Positions 10,283-20,441 of a stretch of 64,000 nucleotides of DNA are shown piece by piece. This DNA is from Armatimonadota bacterium (GTDB taxonomy: Bacteria; Armatimonadota; SYMT01). The stretch is taken from positions 32,001-96,000 of the forward strand of contig JAWLHY010000002.1 in the NCBI GenBank assembly GCA_041690135.1. Reading direction: 5' to 3'. How positions within the stretch are numbered: position 1 is the stretch's first letter; every line of letters begins with the position of its first letter. The translations under genes were made by a program, and so were the position numbers. The notes beneath the pieces were generated by a model. That model was not told the origin of the DNA, ran no database searches, and saw only the letters and a list, made by a program, of their open reading frames with translations.

Positions 10283-11995
10283 TCACACCAGGCGGCAGCC
10301 GGATGTGCCGGCAGGCAGGGGGGTGTCTTCCAGGTAGTCTGCAGCCCGTAGGAGACGGACCGTCACCGCGGTCCCGACGCCGACCTGGCTTTCGAAGGAG
10401 AGGTGGCCCCCATGCGCCTCGACGATGCTCCGGCAGATGGCCAGCCCCAGCCCGGTGCCGCCGCGCTCCCGCGAGCGGGCGGTATCCACCCGGTAGAAGC
10501 GCTCGCACAGGTGCGGGAGGTGCTCCGGGGGGATGCCCTCCCCGGTATCGCGGATGCGGACGACCACTTCCTCTCGCTCGCTCCCCGGCAGGCTCTCGAT
10601 GTGCGCGGTGACGTCGATCCGGCCTTCCACCTGGGTGTGACGCGTGGCGTTGTCCAGCAGGTTGCCGAACAGCCGGGTGAGATGGTGGCTATCCCCCATA
10701 ACCTGGGGAGAGGGCTCTGGGAGCGCTACGTGGACCGGCGCCGTTTCCCGGAGACGCAGGTTGCCGGCGGCCCGTTCCAGGACGGACGCGAGCGAGGTGG
10801 GCTGGAGGTTCGCATTGAGCTGACCGGCATCCGAACGAGCCAGGAGCAGCAGGTCCTGCACGATGCGGTTCATGGTGTCCGCCGCCTGGTCCACCTCCTG
10901 CAACGCTTCCTGGTACTCCACCGGAGAGCGTTCCCCGAACAGTGCCAGGCTGGTGTTGGCCTTGATGGTGGTGAGGGGGGTACGCAGCTCGTGGGAAGCG
11001 TCCCCGACGAAGCGGCGCTGCTGCTCATACGCCGCTTCCAGGTTACCGAACGCCTCTTGCAGTCGCCCCACCATGCCGTTGAACGTCAGCGCCAGCCGCC
11101 CGAACTCATCCTGGCTGGGGACCGGGAGCCGCCGTGAAAGGTCTTCCGCGCCGATCTGCGCCGCGGCCTCCGTGATCTCCCGTACGGGGCGAAGCGAGCG
11201 GTCGGCCAGGAACATGCCGCCCGCGCCCGCTACCAGGAGCGCCAGCGGAATCAACATCAGCAGGACGCGGACGAGACCCTCCTGGAGCCGGTGGAACTCG
11301 GTGAGGTTATAGGGGATCTGCAAGACGCCCTCTACCCAGGCGCCCTGCGGGTTGCGCCGCACCAGGGGATACGAAATGACCCGCAGCGGCGCTTCGGTGT
11401 CATCCACCGTCATGGTGACGGTCGAGTAGGTGACCAGGCCCGCCACGGCATCCGCCACTGCCGTTGGGTCCAGGGGGGTGTCCTGGGAACCCTCGGCGAG
11501 CGGACCGCCGCTCCGGTTCAGGAACCGCGGGCGCCGAAAAGGGAACTGCCGGTCCGGGGGAGCGCCCGCGAACAGTCCGGGGCCGAGCAGTCCCTGCGGG
11601 CGCCTTTCTTCCGCTACCGTGCGCTCCCGGCCGCGTTCCAGGAGGGTCAATCCTCCGGAAGGACCGGGGCCCTCTCCCGGAGGGGGCCCGGGCGGCTGTG
11701 GGAACCCCTCACCCATCCCCGGCCCGAACCTGCCTGGCGCCGGCCCTGCGGGACCTCCGGGGGGGCCATCGCCGGGCGGAAAGCCTTCGCGGAACGGAGG
11801 CGGGCCGGGCATCGGTCCCCCGCGCGCCCAGCGTTCGGCCTGGCCTCGCGCCATGCGGCGTAACTCTTCATCCACCGAGCGCTGGAACATCACCCGCACG
11901 CTGTAGCAAAGCCCCAGGCCGAACCCGGCGAGTACCAGGGCCAGGACACCAACGTTCCAGAGGGTGAGCCGGGCGCGGACGGAACGGACCTTCAT
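10283..11995 (-). CDS. HAMP sensor histidine kinase
   Basis: DASHELRTPL H-box, NLLDNA, DTGEGI, GGTGLGL; ATGA overlap with upstream response regulator. Confidence 0.95.
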   Translation of the reverse strand: MKVRSVRARLTLWNVGVLALVLAGFGLGLCYSVRVMFQRSVDEELRRMARGQAERWARGGPMPGPPPFREGFPPGDGPPGGPAGPAPGRFGPGMGEGFPQPPGPPPGEGPGPSGGLTLLERGRERTVAEERRPQGLLGPGLFAGAPPDRQFPFRRPRFLNRSGGPLAEGSQDTPLDPTAVADAVAGLVTYSTVTMTVDDTEAPLRVISYPLVRRNPQGAWVEGVLQIPYNLTEFHRLQEGLVRVLLMLIPLALLVAGAGGMFLADRSLRPVREITEAAAQIGAEDLSRRLPVPSQDEFGRLALTFNGMVGRLQEAFGNLEAAYEQQRRFVGDASHELRTPLTTIKANTSLALFGERSPVEYQEALQEVDQAADTMNRIVQDLLLLARSDAGQLNANLQPTSLASVLERAAGNLRLRETAPVHVALPEPSPQVMGDSHHLTRLFGNLLDNATRHTQVEGRIDVTAHIESLPGSEREEVVVRIRDTGEGIPPEHLPHLCERFYRVDTARSRERGGTGLGLAICRSIVEAHGGHLSFESQVGVGTAVTVRLLRAADYLEDTPLPAGTSGCRLV

Positions 11996-12687
11996 CCCGC
12001 CTTCTCCGGCCGGGGGCTTTCCGGCGCTCGCAGGGTGTACCCCAGCCCGTGGACGGTGTGGATCAGGCGCACGGGGTAGCCGGCGTCGATCTTCTTCCGC
12101 AGCAGCCCGATGTGCACGTCCACGGTATTGGAATAGCTCTCCGAGTCCATCCACACCCGCTCCTGGATGACCTCGCGGGTCAGCACCCGCCCCTCATTCG
12201 CGGCGAGCGCCTCCAGCAGGGTGAACTCCCGGCGAGTCAGCGTGATCTCGTGCCCGGCCCGCCACACCCGGCTCTCGGCGGTATCGATCTCCAGGTCGGC
12301 AATCTGGATGACCCGCCCCTTGTGCAGGCGGTCGCGGCGGATCAACGCCCGCACCCGGGCGATCAGTTCCTTAAAGTCGAACGGCTTCGGGAGGTAGTCG
12401 TCCGCCCCCAGTTCCAGCCCCCGCACCCGGTCGTCGACCGCGTCGCGCGCCGTCAGCATCAGGATGGGGGTGCTGTCTCGCCGGCGCCGCAGCTCCTGGC
12501 AGATGCTCCACCCGTCGCGTCCCGGCAGCATCAGGTCGAGGACGATCAGGCCGTAGCTCTCCTGCAGCGCCCGCCGTAGCCCCGCCTCCCCGTCGTGCTC
12601 CACGTCCACCTGGAAGCGCGCCTCTTCCAGCCCGCGCTTCACCACCGCGGCAATCGGTTTCTCATCTTCGACCAGCAGGATTTTCAT
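11992..12687 (-). CDS. OmpR/PhoB-family response regulator
   Basis: MKILLVEDE, LDLMLPG, GADDYLPKPF, TVHGLGY. Confidence 0.95.
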   Translation of the reverse strand: MKILLVEDEKPIAAVVKRGLEEARFQVDVEHDGEAGLRRALQESYGLIVLDLMLPGRDGWSICQELRRRRDSTPILMLTARDAVDDRVRGLELGADDYLPKPFDFKELIARVRALIRRDRLHKGRVIQIADLEIDTAESRVWRAGHEITLTRREFTLLEALAANEGRVLTREVIQERVWMDSESYSNTVDVHIGLLRKKIDAGYPVRLIHTVHGLGYTLRAPESPRPEKAG

Positions 12688-12757
12688 AGTGCACGATTGG
12701 GGTGAACGTAGCTGTGCCGTGGCTTGGACCTGTAGGATGAGCCTCGGGCAACTCCGG

Positions 12758-12959
12758 GCGTAATGCGTATTGCGTAAGGAACGTGCGTGAGTTGTTGCGT
12801 GGGCCAGGCAGGCTACCTCGGGCAAGGATCTGCGTTCTGAATTCGTAAGGAATGTAAATTGGTCAGCGTAGGGTCGTGAACTCCGGTATTGCAAGATGCA
12901 GAAGCAAACGGAGCGAGTGTATTACGCAATACGCATTACGCAATACGCAATACGCATTA
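12758..12959. repeat. MITE-like segment bounded by inverted heptamer arrays (TGCGTAA/TTACGCA)
   Basis: 12758-12777 GCGTAATGCGTATTGCGTAA is the exact reverse complement of 12922-12941. Confidence 0.75.
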
Positions 12960-13052
12960 GGCTCTGGCGCGAGCATAGATGGCAGGACATCACGCCCACC
13001 CCTAAGGACGTAAACAAGCCTCCCGCAGTTTGCCCCGACGTTCTTCTCTCCA

Positions 13053-13069
13053 CTTCATAATTGCTTCAT
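13053..13069 (+). promoter_or_regulatory. candidate OmpR-type binding site (CTTCAT-N5-CTTCAT)
   Basis: Direct repeat with 11-bp period upstream of the ECF sigma gene, divergent from the OmpR-family pair. Confidence 0.4.
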
Positions 13070-13191
13070 GACGGAAGGCTACCTTTATTAGCAGAGACGG
13101 GTTCACCCGGCGGGGAAGTGGTTTCCCCGGTGAAACCGGAAGCGGGATCCCGCATCGGGCTCACGCCGCGCTACTGTTAAGGAGGTTCGCC

Positions 13192-13842
13192 ATGCAGTCC
13201 TATTCACCGCACTTCATCCCCGCTTCCTCGCCGCTGGGGCCGGTCGGGCGCGGAGAACTCCCCTGGGGTACGGCGGACGGGGACCTCCTGCTGCGCGCTG
13301 CCCAGGATGACGCGCAGGCCTTCGACACCCTGTTCCATCGCCACCGCGACGGGCTGCAGGGCTTCCTGTTCCGCCGGCTGCGCAGCTACGAGGAGGTCGA
13401 GGACGCCCTGAGCCTGACCTTCTTCAACGCGTGGCGCGCCCGCACCATGTTCCGGGGCGCGGCCTCGGGGAAGGCCTGGCTCTACCAGATCGCCAGCCGC
13501 GTGGCCATCGACCTGCTCCGCTCGCGCCGCCGCCGGGCCGGGGAACAGGAGTGGGATCCGGAAGCCGCCGAGTTGCTGACGCCCCTCTCGGACGAGACCC
13601 CCGAGCCCGAAGACCTGGTGCTGCACGACGCCGGGCTCGTCGAGACGCGCCGCTCGGTAGCCGGCGCCATGAACCAGCTCAACCCCGAAGAGCGGCGGCT
13701 CGTCCGCATGTTCTACTTCGAGGAGCGCAGCTACGAGGAGATCAGCGAGCTGCTCGGAATCTCCCGGAGCCAGGTCCGCGGCCGCCTCCACCGCATCCGG
13801 AGCCGCATGCGCCAGTACCTGGATCGGGGAAAAGAGGCATAG
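13192..13842 (+). CDS. ECF RNA polymerase sigma factor
   Basis: AFDTLFHRH, KAWLYQIA, SYEEISELLGIS; RBS AAGGAGG. Confidence 0.92.
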   Translation: MQSYSPHFIPASSPLGPVGRGELPWGTADGDLLLRAAQDDAQAFDTLFHRHRDGLQGFLFRRLRSYEEVEDALSLTFFNAWRARTMFRGAASGKAWLYQIASRVAIDLLRSRRRRAGEQEWDPEAAELLTPLSDETPEPEDLVLHDAGLVETRRSVAGAMNQLNPEERRLVRMFYFEERSYEEISELLGISRSQVRGRLHRIRSRMRQYLDRGKEA

Positions 13843-13943
13843 CCCTGGTGCCGGCAAGTCGCCAGGAGAAGATGACAGGCGGGCGCGCGGGATAGTGAGA
13901 AGGCATTCGGGGAGTCTCACCGGTTTCCAAAAACGGGACGCCA

Positions 13944-13968
13944 TAGCAGCCTTTGACAAAAGCTGTTA
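13944..13968. promoter_or_regulatory. imperfect palindrome over TTGACA upstream of parDE (candidate autorepression operator)
   Basis: TAGCAGCCTTTG-A-CAAAAGCTGTTA. Confidence 0.45.
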
Positions 13969-14012
13969 TCCTCATGAGGAGATCTGCAGCTTGATTGGGA
14001 AGAGAGACCCCC

Positions 14013-14276
14013 ATGAATGTCTCACTGACACCGGAGCTAGAACGCCTGGTGCAAGAGAAGGTTGAAAGCGGCCTGTACAGCTCTGCAAGTGAGGTGGTGC
14101 GGGAAGCCCTTCGCCTGCTCCGCGAACGAGACGAACTGCGACAGGCACGGCTGGAGGAACTCCGACGCGAGATCGCGGTGGGCCTGGACGCGTGCAACCG
14201 GGGTGAAGTTGTGGAAGGTGAAGAGGTCTTCCGGCGGCTCTGGGAGCGTCAGGCCGAGTTGGAAGGCCAGAAGTAA
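14013..14276 (+). CDS. parD: type II antitoxin, ParD family (RHH)
   Basis: MNVSLTPEL...SGLYSSASEVVREALRLL. Confidence 0.92.
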   Translation: MNVSLTPELERLVQEKVESGLYSSASEVVREALRLLRERDELRQARLEELRREIAVGLDACNRGEVVEGEEVFRRLWERQAELEGQK

Positions 14277-14566
14277 TGGCCCGGTTGGTCTTTTCCGAGC
14301 CGGCACAACTCGACCTGGAAGAGATCCACGCCTACATCGCCCGGGACTCTCCAGCGGCGGCGCGGCGTTGGCTCGAGCGCATCCAGACTCAATGCAAGCG
14401 GCTCGCCGAAATGCCGGGACAGGGCCGATCTCGAGCGGAACTGGCGCCGGAGCTGCGATCCTTCACGGTCGCGCCCTACCTGATCTTCTACGTTGAGATC
14501 GAAGGTGGGGTGCAAATCGCGCGAGTAATCCACGGGGCACGGGATATCGAAGCGCAGTTCCACTGA
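14276..14566 (+). CDS. parE: type II toxin, ParE/RelE family
   Basis: A..DLEEI..YIA.DSP..A; GRSRAEL; YLIFY; RVIHGARD; TAATG coupling to the antitoxin. Confidence 0.92.
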   Translation: MARLVFSEPAQLDLEEIHAYIARDSPAAARRWLERIQTQCKRLAEMPGQGRSRAELAPELRSFTVAPYLIFYVEIEGGVQIARVIHGARDIEAQFH

Positions 14567-14811
14567 TGCGGCGCTTCCTATGCAAGTGCCGTCTGCCGAC
14601 GACTGCTTTGCGCTAGAGATTACGCTGAGATGCAAGCCTGGCATAACGAATAGCAACTGAACACGCACCAATGTAGGGCGGGTTGCTCCGTCACCGCCGG
14701 GTCTTGCGCCAGTACCCGTCGCGCCGTGTGGGACTCCCCTCGCGCTGTCCCAGATGTACCCGTAGGGCCAACGACCTACCAGGCGGCCGTGAACCCCCAT
14801 TGCAACTCTCG

Positions 14812-16428
14812 TTAACGCAGCTTCTGCATCTCGAAGCGACGGCCGGAGAGCGCGTCCTTGACGAACACGCCCCAGTGGGCGGTGGGGGTGTAATCCCAGT
14901 CCGAGATGATCGTGGGAGCGGCCTTGGGGTGGAAGCTGAAGCCGGTCCAGTGGAGCCGGTGCTTCTGCATCATGCCCAGCACGTCCGGCTGCCAGGCGCG
15001 GGCAGCCAGATCTTCAAAACGCCCGCTCGGAGGAATGAACTCGAAGCCCTTCCAGTCCGGCGGGCTGCCGACCTCGCCGACGAAGACCGGGTACTTCTCC
15101 GCCGCCACCAGAACCTTCCCCTGCCAGTCCCGCTTCCAGGGGTAAATGTGCGAGGAGTACATGATCCCCTGGCCGCCCGGCTGCTCTTCCAGGGCGTAGC
15201 CCTGTACCACGCCGGAGAGGTCATAGCTCCAGTCCAACCCGCCGGCGATCACCACGTTCCGGGCGCCCGCGGCACGCACGGCGTTCAACAGCGCCTGCAT
15301 CCCGGTGGTCACTTCGCCGGTCAACTCCTCCGGCTTCTTGGGATCGGTGAGCGGACCGCCGTCCCGCCACAGTTTCCAGGAGAGGTCGTGGGGCTCGTTG
15401 AACAGCTCGAACAGCACGGCCGGATGGTTCTTGTAGCGGACGGCCGCATCCTGCCAGAACTCCAGGTGCTCCCGCTTCGGGGCGCCGAAGCGGTGCAGGT
15501 CCAGGGCCACGTAGGCGCCACGGCTGGAGGCCGCCTCGATCACCCCGTCCACCACCTTCCGATAGCCCAGGCCGCCGTCCTTCTTCTGGTGGGGACCCCG
15601 CCCAAACCAGAAGTCCTCCCGCACGGGCAGGCGGATCACGTTGGCCTTCCACTCCTCGACCGCCACGGGGATCGACTTGTCGATCTTCTCGCCGGCGGCA
15701 GACCACTCCAGGCTGTCCACGCACAGCCCCTGGAGCCACACGGCCTTCCCCTCAATGGTCTGCAACTGGTTGCCTCGCACCCGAAGGGCCGGCGGGAGAC
15801 TGGCGCCCGGTGCCGGGACCAGCGGCTCGGACTTCACGACGGGCGGGCGCGCGGCGGCGAGCTGCGCTTCCGTAGCCGGGAGGACGAGACACTGGGCGAG
15901 ATCCAGGACCCCGGAGGCCGCCTGGAACAGGCACGGCATGACCTCCAGGTACGCAGCCCCGGCCGGTACCGCCGCCGTATAGGTGCGCTCGACCCAGCCC
16001 TCGGACGTGCCCTGGAAAGCCGGCGTGGGCGGCTCCGGCTTCAGGGTCCGTCCTGTCTGGCTCTTGAAGTGGGCGATCACGCGTCCATCGTACCATTTTT
16101 GCTGCCCGTGCTTGATATCGCGGTAGCGCAGGCGCAGGCGGACCTCTATCCCCGCCGGAAGGGGCTTCGGGAGCTCGGCGCGGCGGTAGACCATCACCAT
16201 CTGGCCGGGTTTCGGCGACTGGAGACGCAGGAACCGGGTCTCGCCCTCTCGTTCCACCGTGACACCCTCGGAGCGCGGCCAGTCGAGGGGCCAGCCATCC
16301 GTATCTACCTGCTCGAGGCTGCCATTCCGGAGGAAGGAAGGCCGGTCCGGCGAAGGAGCCGCGGCCCAACTCGCCGTTGCTGCCAGCCCTACCAGCAGCG
16401 CCAGAATCCCTCGAAATCCGTGTTTCAT
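14812..16428 (-). CDS. GH5-family glycoside hydrolase with N-terminal carbohydrate-binding-like domain
   Basis: NVIRLP, ELFNEP acid/base, HIYP, FVGEVG nucleophile; signal peptide. Confidence 0.9.
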   Translation of the reverse strand: MKHGFRGILALLVGLAATASWAAAPSPDRPSFLRNGSLEQVDTDGWPLDWPRSEGVTVEREGETRFLRLQSPKPGQMVMVYRRAELPKPLPAGIEVRLRLRYRDIKHGQQKWYDGRVIAHFKSQTGRTLKPEPPTPAFQGTSEGWVERTYTAAVPAGAAYLEVMPCLFQAASGVLDLAQCLVLPATEAQLAAARPPVVKSEPLVPAPGASLPPALRVRGNQLQTIEGKAVWLQGLCVDSLEWSAAGEKIDKSIPVAVEEWKANVIRLPVREDFWFGRGPHQKKDGGLGYRKVVDGVIEAASSRGAYVALDLHRFGAPKREHLEFWQDAAVRYKNHPAVLFELFNEPHDLSWKLWRDGGPLTDPKKPEELTGEVTTGMQALLNAVRAAGARNVVIAGGLDWSYDLSGVVQGYALEEQPGGQGIMYSSHIYPWKRDWQGKVLVAAEKYPVFVGEVGSPPDWKGFEFIPPSGRFEDLAARAWQPDVLGMMQKHRLHWTGFSFHPKAAPTIISDWDYTPTAHWGVFVKDALSGRRFEMQKLR

Positions 16429-16565
16429 GACCGCACACTCTCCCCTCACCCGCACCCTCTTTCAATTCTGCTACACAAACGGGGTAAGCGGCCGTTTCAA
16501 GGGAGAAGGGAATCCGACCCTGGGACGGGAAAGGCAGCCTGGAGACTGTACCGTCGGAGACAACC

Positions 16566-19091
16566 ATGCCACGCCCGCGCTTCCTCATCCTCTTCCTGGG
16601 GGTCCTGCTGTCTGGTGTCCTTCTCTGCCAACGAGGCGCCACCGCTGAAAACCCACGCCTGGTAACGCTCGCCTCCAGCGGAAAGGCGCGGCAGCGGATC
16701 GTGGTGGCGGCAGATGCCTCGGAGCGGGTCCGCCAGGCGGCGGCGACTCTGGCCCGGTACCTGGAGCGGATGAGCGGCGCGCCGTTCGCGGTAGCTTCCG
16801 GCGACGGGAAGTCGGGAGTTGCAGTGGGCTTGCCGAAGCATTTCCCCACTCTCACGGCGGACCTCCCGGGCCTGGATGCGAAGGGAACCCCGGACCCGAC
16901 CCGGACCGAAGACTACCGGCTGCGCTCCCACCCCCAGGGGCTCCACCTCCTGGGCGCGAGTGAGCTTGCCGTGGAGCACGCCGTATGGGACCTCCTCCAC
17001 CGCCTGGGGTACCGGCAGTTCTTTCCTGGGGCGGCCTGGGAGGTGGTTCCGAAGACCCCGGACTTGCGAATCGCCGTCGATGCCGTGGAGCATCCGGCGT
17101 TCTACTCTCGCCGCATCTGGTACGGGTTCGGAACCTGGGATTACAACGCCCAGCCCTACGCGGAGTGGTGCGCGCGCAACCGGGTGACGAGCGGCATCCA
17201 CCTGAATACCGGGCACGCTTACGACGGGATCCTCAGCCGCAACCGGGCCATCTTCGACGCCCATCCGGAGTACCTCGGCCTGCTGGGCGGGGTGCGCAAG
17301 TCCACGAAGTTCTGCATCGGCAATCCGTCACTCCGGCAGTTAGTGGTAGAAGATGCGCTCACGCAGCTCCGACAGAAGCCGGAGGCACACTCCGTATCCC
17401 TCGACCCGAGCGACGGAGGCGGCTGGTGTGAGTGCGACCGGTGCGCGGCGCTCGGCAGCGTCACCGACCGCGCGCTGACCCTGGCGAACCAGGTGGCGGA
17501 GGCGGCCAATAAAGAGATCGGGCCGCGCTACGTGGGTATGTACGCCTACAGCCAGCACTCCCCGCCCCCCGGCATCCGTGTCCACCCGCGCGTGGTCATC
17601 AGCGTGGCCACGGCGTTCATCAGCGGCGGGTTCAGCGTGGACCAGCTCCTGGACGGCTGGCGGAAGCAGGGCGCGACCCTCGGCATTCGGGAGTACTACA
17701 GCGTGAACACCTGGGACCGGGATCTCCCCGGCCAGTCTCGCGGGTCGAACCTCACCTATCTCAAGACCAGCCTTCCCCACTTCCACCAACAGGGAGCCCG
17801 CTTCCTCTCCTCGGAGTCGAGCGATAACTGGGGCCCCAACGGCCTGGGTTATTACCTGGCGGCACGGATGCTGTGGGATGTGAATGAAGCCGACCGACTG
17901 GACGCATTGAAGGAAGACTTCCTGAAGAAGGCGTTCGGCCCCGCCCGGGAGCCGATGGCCCGGTTCTACACGCTGATCGACGGCGCCAGCCAGCCGCTCC
18001 TGAGCGATGACCTGATCGGCCGGATGTACCGCGCGCTGAGCGAGGCCCGGCAGCGAACCGACGATGCCGCCATCCGCGCCCGGATCGCCGATCTGGTGCA
18101 GTACACGCGGTACGTGGATCTCTACCAGGCGTACACGACGGCGACGGGCGCCGCGCGGCAGTCCGCCTTTGAAGCGTTGATCCGCCACGCTTACCGCATG
18201 CGCAAGACCATGCTGGTCCACACGCTGGCGCTTTACCGCGATCTGCATCGCCGGGACAAGAGCGTCACCATCCCCGCCGATTGCGCCTACAACGTACCGG
18301 AAGGGAAGAACCCCTGGAAGAGCAGCGAGCCGTTCACCGAGGCGGAGCTTCGGACGCTCCTGGCGCAGGGGATCGAACGCCATCCGCTGCTGGACTTCAC
18401 GCCCGTTGCCTTTGGCCGCGATCTGCAACCCGCGGACAGACTCGGACTGCCGGAGAAGCCGGTAGGTAGCACTGGCCTCTATAGCCGTGGGAAGCGCAGT
18501 TACTATACCTGGGTCACTGATCCCACCCAACCGCTGAAGCTGACGGTCCGGGCCGGCCTGGTCTATGGGAGTCGGGGGCCGGCCAAACTCGCCCTGTACC
18601 CGGCCGCGGAAACCCTCGGCCAGGCGGTGGCCGATGCCGAAGTGCCCCCCGACAAAGCGGAGCACTCGATCACCCTCAAGACTACCTTCACCGGTCTCCA
18701 CCGGATCGAAGTGACGGATGCCGCCGCGGGCACCGCGGTCACCTGGCCGGAAGGAATGCCCGTGACGCTGCAGTCCAGCCCCGACGCCCGCGAAGATTTC
18801 CACGGCCGCTTCACCCTCTACTTTTACGTCCCCAGGGGAACAAAGACGGTCGGTGGGTACTCCTCCGGGCTGGGGACGCTGGTGAACGGCAGCGGGAAGG
18901 AAGTCCATACCTTCACGCGGGAAGCGGGTTACTTCAGCGTGCCGGTGGGACCGGGCGAGGACGGCAAGCTCTGGCAATTCCGGCACGGGACCGGTCAACG
19001 GTTGTTAATGACCGTGCCGCCCTACCTGGCCCGCAGTCCCCGGGAACTGCTCCTCCCCGCCGAGGTCATCGAGCGGGACTCTCGGCCCTAA
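16566..19091 (+). CDS. DUF4838-domain exported protein
   Basis: HPEY...FCIGNP, SLDPSDGGGWCECDRC, YAY..HS.PP, YLAARMLWD. Confidence 0.8.
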   Translation: MPRPRFLILFLGVLLSGVLLCQRGATAENPRLVTLASSGKARQRIVVAADASERVRQAAATLARYLERMSGAPFAVASGDGKSGVAVGLPKHFPTLTADLPGLDAKGTPDPTRTEDYRLRSHPQGLHLLGASELAVEHAVWDLLHRLGYRQFFPGAAWEVVPKTPDLRIAVDAVEHPAFYSRRIWYGFGTWDYNAQPYAEWCARNRVTSGIHLNTGHAYDGILSRNRAIFDAHPEYLGLLGGVRKSTKFCIGNPSLRQLVVEDALTQLRQKPEAHSVSLDPSDGGGWCECDRCAALGSVTDRALTLANQVAEAANKEIGPRYVGMYAYSQHSPPPGIRVHPRVVISVATAFISGGFSVDQLLDGWRKQGATLGIREYYSVNTWDRDLPGQSRGSNLTYLKTSLPHFHQQGARFLSSESSDNWGPNGLGYYLAARMLWDVNEADRLDALKEDFLKKAFGPAREPMARFYTLIDGASQPLLSDDLIGRMYRALSEARQRTDDAAIRARIADLVQYTRYVDLYQAYTTATGAARQSAFEALIRHAYRMRKTMLVHTLALYRDLHRRDKSVTIPADCAYNVPEGKNPWKSSEPFTEAELRTLLAQGIERHPLLDFTPVAFGRDLQPADRLGLPEKPVGSTGLYSRGKRSYYTWVTDPTQPLKLTVRAGLVYGSRGPAKLALYPAAETLGQAVADAEVPPDKAEHSITLKTTFTGLHRIEVTDAAAGTAVTWPEGMPVTLQSSPDAREDFHGRFTLYFYVPRGTKTVGGYSSGLGTLVNGSGKEVHTFTREAGYFSVPVGPGEDGKLWQFRHGTGQRLLMTVPPYLARSPRELLLPAEVIERDSRP

Positions 19092-19236
19092 AGCACTACG
19101 GCTCTCCCATGCCGGACCTTCACGCTGCCCCGGCGAGATAACGGGCCTCCAAGATGGTACAAAGGAGACAAACTGGGGGTGCTCCGCGGCAGTTGGCCGT
19201 ACCGGATCTACGCCCCGAGTTTCTCAGGGGGATCCC

Positions 19237-19829
19237 ATGGACCCCAGACTGCTCGACGACGCGTTTGTCTATCCGGGAGAGGGTCTCTTCGGCCAGGCCG
19301 TGACAGGCATGGTCGGCTGCGAGTCCTTCGCCAGCGCACGGCGCAGGCTGTTCGGGCGCCTTCCGTTCGTCAGGCTCGAGAGTGATGTGAAGAACGTCGT
19401 CTACTTGAATTGGGTCGTAGAGGTCTCCGCCGTCCGCGATCTGGTGCCGACCGGAGTTGAACTCTGTGAGACCGGTGGAAGAACCGTGTTCACGATCCTC
19501 ACTTACCAGCACGGCCACCTCGGACCGGCATGCGCCGGACCGCTCCGCCAGTATTTGCCGTCCCCGTTTCAGAGCAATGGGAGTCCGCGATCCGCATTCT
19601 GTGCTCACAGGACTTCTCCATCGTAAAGCCACCCGGAGACGCCGCACTCGTTGAATCGCACATCGAACTGCCGATTGACTTCGACACCGTCATGCCGCTC
19701 GAACTGGCGCCTTCCAGCTTCCAGTGTCCCTGCCTGGAACAACTCGTCGGAGACCAGGCGCCCCTGAGTTTCCTGATCCCCTGCCTGCAACTCAAGGTGC
19801 TATCCGAAAGACGCTTGAACACGGTTTGA
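19237..19829 (+). pseudogene. DUF2071-like gene split into two frames (probable internal deletion/frameshift)
   Basis: Frame 1 has VVYLNW...TILTYQHGHLGP...SPFQSN; protein-like sequence continues in another frame (WESAIRILCSQD...LKVLSER). Confidence 0.5.
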
Positions 19830-19990
19830 CTACAGCAACGAGTGAGACGGGTATACTAGGGGTGAAGACCCCAGTGGTTCAGCATTAACGACTCGGAAGC
19901 CGGGCTCGCCTCGCTAGTGCCTTACCAGCCTGCAGGCGGGCCTTCGTGTTTTTCTGGCGCCCGTCCTCACGGGCGAGAACCGAGGCATTA

Positions 19991-20188
19991 ATGGAACCCC
20001 AATTCAAGGTGGGACAGCGCGTGGCGGTCAACATCGGCGGCTGTCCGGGAAACCGCGCCGAAGGTGTCGTGGCCTCCATCCGGCAGCTTCCCGAACTAAT
20101 CACCTACGAGATCAACTTCCCCGAGCACCAGCACGACTCCCGCATTGATACCTTCTACATGGCGGAGTACCTCACCCCGCTCGGCTGA
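19991..20188 (+). CDS. small hypothetical SH3/KOW-like protein
   Basis: MEPQFKVGQRVAV...GVV...YEI pattern; GAGG RBS. Confidence 0.55.
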   Translation: MEPQFKVGQRVAVNIGGCPGNRAEGVVASIRQLPELITYEINFPEHQHDSRIDTFYMAEYLTPLG

Positions 20189-20200
20189 AAGGCGCCCGCT

Positions 20201-20342
20201 GATGCTCGACCAATTCCTATCCAATACACCGGCCGTTCTCCTGACCGCAGTGGTCGCTACCGTCGCCGTGGCGGTGTCGATTGTCCGCGAGTGGCGCCTG
20301 AACCACCGCGACGACCGCCAGGATCACTGGCCGCCGCCGTAG
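20201..20342 (+). CDS. small single-TM hypothetical protein
   Basis: MLDQFLSNTPAVLLTAVVATVAVAVSIVREW. Confidence 0.4.
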
Positions 20343-20441
20343 GACCTGCCTATTAAATTCCGGGATATGCGGCCGCGCCATGACGGCGACCCGAAATGGA
20401 TTCGCACTTCACCGGGGGCTGAACGTCCGAGTCCCGGTGCG

